Shown piece by piece: positions 36,183 to 43,620 of a stretch of DNA of 43,620 nt. This DNA is from Lama guanicoe (Eukaryota). A model generated the notes under the pieces. That model worked only from the letters and a program-made list of their open reading frames with translations, had not been told where the DNA came from and made no database searches. The translations under genes and the position numbers were made by a program. Positions within the stretch are counted from its first letter, which is position 1; each line of letters opens with the position of its first letter. Location: the NCBI GenBank assembly GCA_013239625.1, contig MU054220.1, forward strand, positions 684,800 to 728,419. Direction: 5' to 3'.

Positions 36183-36322
36183 ATGGGCTGAGGGGCCATC
36201 TGTCTGCAAGGCTTGCAGCTTTTGATGACAGTACACCACCTCTCTGTACCTGAAATGTTTGGTGACATTACAGATTGTGTGGTTAGAGCTGGGTCCAGCA
36301 AAGGGTGCAAACACCAGAGGCT

Positions 36323-37270
36323 TCATCTCCCTCGAGAGAGCTTATCCCGGCACCACACTTTCATCATGGCATTCTTCATGTCTGTGTTTCTCAGGGTGTA
36401 GATGAGAGGGTTGAACATGGGGGCAATCATGGTGTAAAACAGCGCAAAAATCTTGTCGTTACTGACAGAAGCAGCCATGGGGACATAGGTGAAGATGAGG
36501 GGCAAGAAGAACATGAACACGACAGTGATGTGTGAGCCACAGGTGGAGAGGGCTTTGCGGCGGCCCTCAGAGGAGCGGGTCCGCAGGGTGGACAGGATGA
36601 TGATGTAGGAGATTACCAAGGCAGCGAAGGTCAAAATGGACAGCACCCCTGTGGTGGTGATGACTGCAATTACCAACAGCCTAGTGTCGGTGAAGGCCAG
36701 CTTCAGCAAGGGGAATATGTCACAGAAATAGTGGTCTATCTGCCTGGGGCCACAGAAGGGAAGCTGGATAATAATCAATACTTGCATGATGGAGTGGATA
36801 AAGGCGCCGACAGCAGACACCATTACGAGGCCATAGCACACCTGTCTGTTCATGATGACCGTGTACTGAAGAGGTCTGCAGATGGCTGCGTAGCGGTCAT
36901 AGGCCATGGCCACCAAGATGAAGATCTCAGTGGCACCAAAGAAGTGGGCATAAAACATCTGGGCCACACAGCTGTTGTAGGAGATGGTCTTCTGCTGGGC
37001 CAGTAAGTCAGTGATCAGCTTGGGGGCCACGGTGGAGGTAAAGCAGACATCCATGAAGGACAAGTAGCTGAGGAAAAAGTACATGGGCTGTTCTCCGAGG
37101 CGGCTGCCCCTGATGGTGAGAAGAATGAGCAGATTTCCTGAGAGAATCGCAATATAGCAAAGTGAGAACAGCACAAAGCAGGTGACCTTCGCATTGTCAT
37201 CACTGAAAAGTCCCAGGAGGATGAATTCTGTGATATTTTCATGTCCCATTGCTTCTGTGGGTGTGAGCAT
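36323..37270 (-). CDS. Olfactory receptor family 4, OR4P4-related (possibly OR4V subfamily); intact ORF, 315 aa (308 aa from the ATG at 37249)
   Basis: NITEFILLGL, QPMYFFLSYLS, KTISYNSC, MAYDRYAAICRPLQY, HYFCD, KALSTCGSH, DKIFALFYTMIAPMFNPLIYTLRN, KVWC; minus-strand acceptor tgtttcAG at 37294-37293. Confidence 0.88.
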   Translation of the reverse strand: MLTPTEAMGHENITEFILLGLFSDDNAKVTCFVLFSLCYIAILSGNLLILLTIRGSRLGEQPMYFFLSYLSFMDVCFTSTVAPKLITDLLAQQKTISYNSCVAQMFYAHFFGATEIFILVAMAYDRYAAICRPLQYTVIMNRQVCYGLVMVSAVGAFIHSIMQVLIIIQLPFCGPRQIDHYFCDIFPLLKLAFTDTRLLVIAVITTTGVLSILTFAALVISYIIILSTLRTRSSEGRRKALSTCGSHITVVFMFFLPLIFTYVPMAASVSNDKIFALFYTMIAPMFNPLIYTLRNTDMKNAMMKVWCRDKLSRGR

Positions 37271-37331
37271 TTAGGAGGGGAAGTTAGTACACCTGAAACA
37301 TGCAACTTTTTGAAATGATTTATTTTAAAAG

Positions 37332-37500
37332 TCATTCATTTTTTCAATAAATACATATTGATTGCTTCATATGAAACAATCACTATAATTAGCACTGAGG
37401 GTACAACAGTGTACAGAATACACACAAACTCTACCCATAAGTAAAGTTCATTAGAGCAGACATGCAGAGACGGCAACATCACAAATAATTAACTCACTGC
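37332..37500 (-). mobile_element. L2 3' end
   Basis: cattcattttttcaataaatacatattgattgcttc...agcactgagggtacaacagtg, antisense L2 tail. Confidence 0.65.
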
Positions 37501-38389
37501 AGGTATGATAAATTCCAAAGCCTCACACTCACCAAGAACAGCAGGATGAGTATTTAAAAGATGAAACACTCAAAGTTTTGGGAGTCAATTTGGGGATGCA
37601 ATTTCAGTATTGTCCCTTAAGAGTGACATTTGAATCTCTGTTATATATGAAACAGCACTGATATGATCTATTCTTCAAGGGCAAGAAGGACCCTATAAGT
37701 CTTAGTCCTTCCCAGTGACTACATCTGTGCTAAATCCTGAAAGTTCAGTCATGTCATTAGACTTCAGTGAGGTCATAATTTTAAATACTGAATCTCTGGA
37801 TGATAATTTCAGATACTGCATTAAGAAACTTTTTCCTGACCATTTAAAAAAATGGAGGGAGAGAAAAAGCAAGAATCACAATTTGAGGGGAAAAGATTGC
37901 CGCATTGTGTGGGCTTCTGGTACATTTATGGCTTCCTGACCTCAACCGTATTTCCCAGGTCACTTTCCAGTCTAACCCAGGAGATCTCATCATTCCTGCC
38001 CTTCCAGCACACTTTCTGGAACATCCTTTTACTACAGCACCCTTGGAGGGGCAGATTGCATGTGAAGATTCTTTTTCACTCAGTCTCTTTCCATCACCTT
38101 GTATCTCTTTGAATTGAGTCACTTTTCTTAACAGAATCATTATACTTCATGGGAACAAATCCTTGGATATTTTAGTTAAAAAGGGAATCTTCTTTGGTGC
38201 AGAATATAACAAAAATCCCTTACTTTCTTTCTGCAAACTGATCTAAAATGTATCAAAAAACTAGTAAACTCAAGACTCAGTGTTTTAAAAAAGATAAACC
38301 CTACACATTGAGAACATTTGTCAGTCTGTTTATGAAGGGTTATAATATTAATTGAACACTGCACTTTACTCCAACTAACTAAAAAAAAG

Positions 38390-40120
38390 GTCTATTTTTC
38401 CTAAATTAATCAATATATTCAACAATTAAAACAAAAGTTCTAAGAAAAATTTTCATGAAATTTGAGAATCTGATTCCAAAATTCAGAAACAGTTCATATC
38501 CAAAGTAGTTAATTTAACTTATTAAAAGAAAGAGCAAAAAGTATCTGCAAATACCGAATTCCCAGTTTATCCCTCCCCATCCACCGTTTCCTCCCTGGCA
38601 ACCATGAGTTTGTTTCTATTTTGTAAATAAGTTAATTTGTGTCATTTTTTTAGATTCCACATAAAAGTGATATACAGTATTTTCCTTCCTCTTTCTGGCT
38701 TACTTCACTTAGGAGTAAACTGAGAGTTCAAGATTGGCAGATACTAACTGCTATATATAAAATCGATAAACAACAAATCCTACTGTACAGCACAGGGGAC
38801 TATATTCAATATCGTCTAAAAGCCTATAGTGAAAAGAATATGAAAAAGAATATTTATGTATGTATAACTGAGTCACTATGCCGTAAGCCAGAAATTAACA
38901 CATTATAAATCAACTAGACTTCAATTTAAAAAAAAATGTAGAAAAAATATATAGGAAAAAAAGAACAAAAAGAATATACCTGCCTTTCAAGACCGAAGTA
39001 TATCATAAAGCTATGGCAATTAAATTGTTGCTGGGAAAGACAGATTGCTAGACTTGAACATGGTCAATAAATTAACACATATCTATATATTGGGATTTAT
39101 TCTATGATTAATTTGAACTTTTAAATTGATGTGAAATAATGGACTTTTCAGTAACTAATGTTAGGACTTTGAATTTCCCTCTATAGGAAAAAAATATATC
39201 ACAGGCTCAAAAAATTATATTCCAGATGGCTGAAAGATACAAATGTATCAAATAAAACTAGAAAAAATATTTGAGACATAATTAGAATGATTTATATTTT
39301 AAGATAGGGAAAATTTTTAAGCAAAGCCCTAAAGCAAATTCATGAAGAAAAATATAATGCATTTATATGTTCTGTATGACAATATCCCATATGGACAAAG
39401 TATTTCAAAAAGTAACAAAATGAGAGCAAATATAAATCCTACAAATCAATAACATAAAGATGAGTAACTCAAGTTTCTAAAACAACAAAACCTTTTTTTC
39501 TAGGCAACATAGAGAGAGGAAGCTACCACTCATCAATAGGATATAGATAAAAGTAGTCAATCTCATAAAAATTGAAGAAATTCATACTAAGCAATGAGAT
39601 ACTATCCTCAATCATCAATTCTGTAAAAATAAAATTAAAAAGCCTCTCCAGATAACATTGTGATAAGTGACCCAGTGCAATCTTCCCACAGAGCACACAG
39701 AAGGCTATTTATTGCAGAATTGTTCCAATTTAGAAAATGGAAATAATCTAACTCCCTCCAAATAGAAGGAAAATAAGGTGAGGTATGTTCTTATGAAAAA
39801 TTAGGCAGAAATTTTAATGTTTGATCCATGTGGCACATCTACTATGACATGAATCACTAAGATATGTTTTTAAATGGAAAACATAATAAAATGCAAAAGA
39901 TAACCACAGTGTGAGAATTTGCATGTTAAAAAAAATCGGACCCACTGAATACCGTGTAGTGTCTATGAGAACCTCTGTGTTTATAAATTAATAAGAAAAC
40001 ATGTGGACGGAAAGAGTCACTTCTCAGAAATAAAATGATAGCCAAAGGGGATTTTAGTGGTATGCAGTATTTTGATCTCTTTACTAAAGAGAGTGTATTT
40101 CAGTTATTACTTCCATAATT
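38390..40120 (+). mobile_element. Ancient L1ME-like ORF2/3' UTR remnant, interrupted by a younger L1
   Basis: cctaaattaatcaatatattcaac...ctgattccaaaattc...tatcataaagctatggcaattaa...ggacttttcagtaa...aagcaatgagatactatc. Confidence 0.6.
38529..38972 (+). mobile_element. 5'-inverted (twin-primed) lineage-specific L1 3' end with TSD
   Basis: 38542-38714 is antisense L1 3' UTR, 38715-38959 is sense 3' end with A-tail; TSD aaagagcaaaaag 38529-38541 / aaagaacaaaaag 38960-38972. Confidence 0.75.
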
Positions 40121-40288
40121 AAAGTTAATTTAATTTTCCCTCCCAAAGGGAACTATTTTCAATACTTCATAATAGCCTGTAATGAAGAAGACTATGAAAA
40201 GGAATATGTTTATATGTATGAACAACTGAATCATTATGATATAACCCAACACTGTGAATCAACTATACCTCAATAAAAGAGTTAATTT
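40121..40288 (+). mobile_element. Short lineage-specific L1 3' end
   Basis: agggaactattttcaatac...aactgaatcattatg...aacactgtgaatcaactatacctcaataaaa; TSD-like aaagttaattt/agagttaattt. Confidence 0.75.
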
Positions 40289-41194
40289 TAAAGCTCATTA
40301 TTTTCTAACAGGGTTTAGGAATACAATACATAATAAATGGAATTAAAATAATATATAAACCACAATCCTTTACTGGGATTCAGTAAACACATATAATTTG
40401 TTTCTCATTAGGTTCATTATTTCCTCAATTACTTTAGTAAATATAGACACAGATGTTTTTCCGCAAGCATTGTATGCCGTCAAGTGTCATTAAAAAATGT
40501 AAACAGACTAAAGAATTTCTATCACCCTCACTGTGCTCCACAAGGAGACAGTTGGTATAAAGAAACAGGAAATGCATTTGTATATGCATCTATATTTATA
40601 CTAATATCTTCATCTCTTTTTACACATATCTGGATTTGGCTTTCGTATCAGCATGATAAAGTCTAGTTATACTTTAATAAGTCTAATAGGATTTAAATAA
40701 TTTCCAAGATCATTTGTTAAGTCTAATAGCTGTTATTTCTGAAGACTCAAATTTGTAATTTACTCTTTCTCATGGCTCCTTGTTTTGATGAACTAATACT
40801 GATTCTTATTACAAGTTTTAATGGAAGGAAACTGTATTTGTAGCAGAAGAATTAGAGTATGCTGCATGAAAGGTATCTGATATGTGATGGGCTCAGTTGA
40901 AAAGACATCATAGTTAAAGCTGCTAATTAACTGAAAATATCAGCTCTACAACAAGTTCATTTGCAAAATCTAGGCTGGAGAGCATTCAAAAAGAGACAGT
41001 TAAGAGACTAATGTCCATCCTGCATTACTATAATCTCTAAAAAGGAATTTTTAAAAAATGGAAAAAAAAAAACTAAACCTCTGATTTTCAGGGTCTTCTT
41101 GGTTTCCTTAGTCTCACAGAAATGTTTCTTAGGAAACAAGACTAACTAATCTTTAATTTCTAAAATAAATTGGCAACTGTCTCCACAAGGGAGA

Positions 41195-41470
41195 CAGGTT
41201 ATTGTGGTAAGTGAGGGTACCTGAGTTAGACTAAATGAATTCTAATGTATTATGGCTCACTTCTTAACAGTTGAATAGACAAATTGACTATTCTCTGAGT
41301 CTTGTTTTGTTTTTTTTGTTTGTTTTTTTTTTAAATGGAAACAGTAATAATACTAGCACCTACCACATGGGATTCTTGTGAGAAACCAATTGCAATATCC
41401 ATGTAAAATATTTCGATATGGATACATGCATCTAACACATTGCAAGAATTAACTGAATTCTGACTCATTA
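41195..41470 (+). mobile_element. MIR SINE
   Basis: tctctgagtcttgtttt...taaatggaaacagtaataatactagcacctaccacatgggattcttgtgagaa...atgtaaaa, MIR core. Confidence 0.7.
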
Positions 41471-42009
41471 TTCTTTATAAAAGGACTAGTACTCTATAAG
41501 TGTTTCACCATTTATGAGACAAGGGGAGCTCAGGGAATAAATTTTCTTCAATGAATTTAACATGCCACTGAACATAGATTTCTAATGAAGTTATAAAGTA
41601 TTTTGACCACTGGCCACTACTGAAAGTCCCAACTACCAGGACAAGGGTTCGGTAACAGGATTTCCCACTTCACAGATGGAAGAACTGAAATCAAGGTAAA
41701 ATTTTCTTCATGAAGACCACCAGAATCCTACAAAAGATAATCTGTCTTGTACAATTAGGAAAAATTGAATCAAACACTTTAAGAAGTTAATAATTTTATC
41801 CATATGTTTTACTTAGGTCATTTTATAGTTTTCTTAATTTCCTTCAATTTTAGTAATATATGCATGATGTACCTTTGTTAAAGAAATAGCCATTAATTAT
41901 ATAATTTGCACTTCTCCAGCTGTGGCCTCATAAATTTCCCTCTAAACTACCTCTATTCATTTCAAATGTCAGGGATTATTGCAAAATATTACAGAGCTAT
42001 GACAGAGGA

Positions 42010-42160
42010 AGTCAGGAAATGGAGTTTCAGGTCCTGATCTGCCACTCCCTGATTGTGTGATTTAGGAAAATGTCCCTCACATTTGATGAGTATCTATTTT
42101 CTGTTAAGAAAATGAGGAATCATAATTTTCATGCATTATTTTTCAGCTGCAAAGAGCTAT
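42010..42160 (+). mobile_element. MIR SINE fragment
   Basis: gaagtcaggaaatggagtttcaggtcctgatctgccact...tgtgtgatttaggaaaatgtc...ctgttaagaaaatgagga. Confidence 0.55.
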
Positions 42161-43620
42161 TTTTTTAAAATCAAGTGATTTACTAAATCATTTATCAATT
42201 CATTTTCATCCGTTTTATCATCTTTATTTCTTATCTTGTTTAATGTTTTAATAGTTTTCAAATGTATATGGTTTTTTATCATTGAGTTTTGAATCCAAAA
42301 TAGACTGCAACACATTTCAAAATCCTCTAAACCTCCTGTCCTAGTGTCTAACAGTCCTAAGTTTGATACCAGAATTTCAGGATAGCATTCTTGCCACCTA
42401 TCTGCTGTTATAGCAAACTTTAAAGTTGTTTTGTGAACTAATGTCAAATTGTGACATGACACAATTTATATGCTTAGAAGCCTATAAGGGTTGTAAAATA
42501 AATAGTTACCAAGCAGGTATATATTTTTAGAAATACATATTTATAGAAAAATACTTTCCTAGGAAAAAAAGCAGATAAGGATAGGTAATTCTACAGCTAG
42601 TCAAAGAGATGACTCTCTGTAGACGTTCACCTGCAAAAGTAAAAATGGAAGAAAGAAAGAAAAGATGGAAAAAGGAAAAGTAAAAATGAAAACTCACATA
42701 TATAGTATTAGCCAATTCCAATCAGTATTTGAAGGGAGATCTTTGTCTTCTTGAACTCATGACAACAAATAGAAAAAGGTTTATATATATATATTCTAAA
42801 TCAAAATAATAGATGGATCTCTTAGGGGAAAAAAAGCAATGTGCTTTGTATCTAGCTTTCAAATTATCTTTAAAATAACAATATTTTTAAAACCACTTTT
42901 ATGAATATTCAGAATAAGAATGAGGCTTACATCACAAAACTGCAGGGAAAATGTCAAATGCACATGGGCTTTCTCTCTCTTCTTTTTCCCCTTCAGTACA
43001 ATAACGTGCAGCAAGGTCTGGCTTCCTAAATGCACAGGGTCTGCGGGCTCCTGGAGAATCTGCACTGAAAGAGGCAGGAAGCGTATTTAAAGGTACTGGA
43101 GGGACCTGCGAGCAATCCCAATGGCAAGCCCTATGTTAATTCTTGGATACTGAAAACAAAAATAAACCCTGGTGATTTTAATTTGCTACTGCTTTGGCTT
43201 TTCAAGTGTCCTTTTAAGAATATATTATGTTAGATTGCTTCAAATGTATACTGTTAAATATCAATTATGGGTTTTTATACTCAGGAACCAAAAAGTTTTA
43301 AAATTAGCCGTATTACTTTCTACACAGGGAATAACCCTAATACATTCATTATATTTATTAAGAGTCTTCCTCTGTGTCCATTACCAAAGACTAATTATTT
43401 ATTAATGTTGAAGTTATTGAGCTTTTTTCTTAACAATTACTGGAATAAAGTAGAAACAGTAGAATTAATAGCTTTATTTTAACAATGGGCCTGGAGCTGT
43501 GAGTAGCAACCAGTCAGTCGGGTTAGTTGACCGTTTTAAGGGCAAGCATAAGAATAAGCAATCTGTTAGCCTAAGTGTGGCCATTTATTAATTCTCCTTC
43601 ACTCACAAGACCTTCTCTCT

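Noticed and set aside
1..43620. CRISPR arrays, tRNA/rRNA genes, prokaryotic operons or defence systems
   Set aside because: None seen: no regularly spaced repeats or RNA-gene signatures; the window is mammalian OR-cluster DNA.

Overview
AT-rich eutherian (placental mammal) genomic DNA from a family-4 olfactory receptor (OR) cluster resembling the human chr11 OR4C16/OR4S2 region. Young L1 3' ends resemble cetartiodactyl, probably camelid, L1 (recalled, not searched). There are four intact single-coding-exon OR ORFs: two OR4C16-like paralogues (+, 3266-4195 and 15615-16547), OR4S2 (+, 30607-31542) and a divergent OR4P4-related gene (-, 36323-37270). Most of the remaining sequence is decayed transposons: L1, L2, MIR, MER20/MER5, ERVL and MaLR pieces, a deleted class I (gamma-like) provirus with its 3' LTR, and several solo LTRs. 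I see no prokaryote-type system or new protein family. The most unusual items are (i) a near-perfect 91-bp templated insertion inside a fossil RT gene whose exact removal restores the frame, (ii) an LTR-derived CpG island with a perfect YY1 site in a CpG-poor cluster, (iii) gene-conversion-like tracts, a shared promoter/exon 1 and a shared overlapping uORF in the OR4C16 pair, and (iv) loss of a conserved ECL2 cysteine in the minus-strand OR. Repeat family names come from recalled consensus sequences and their boundaries are approximate.
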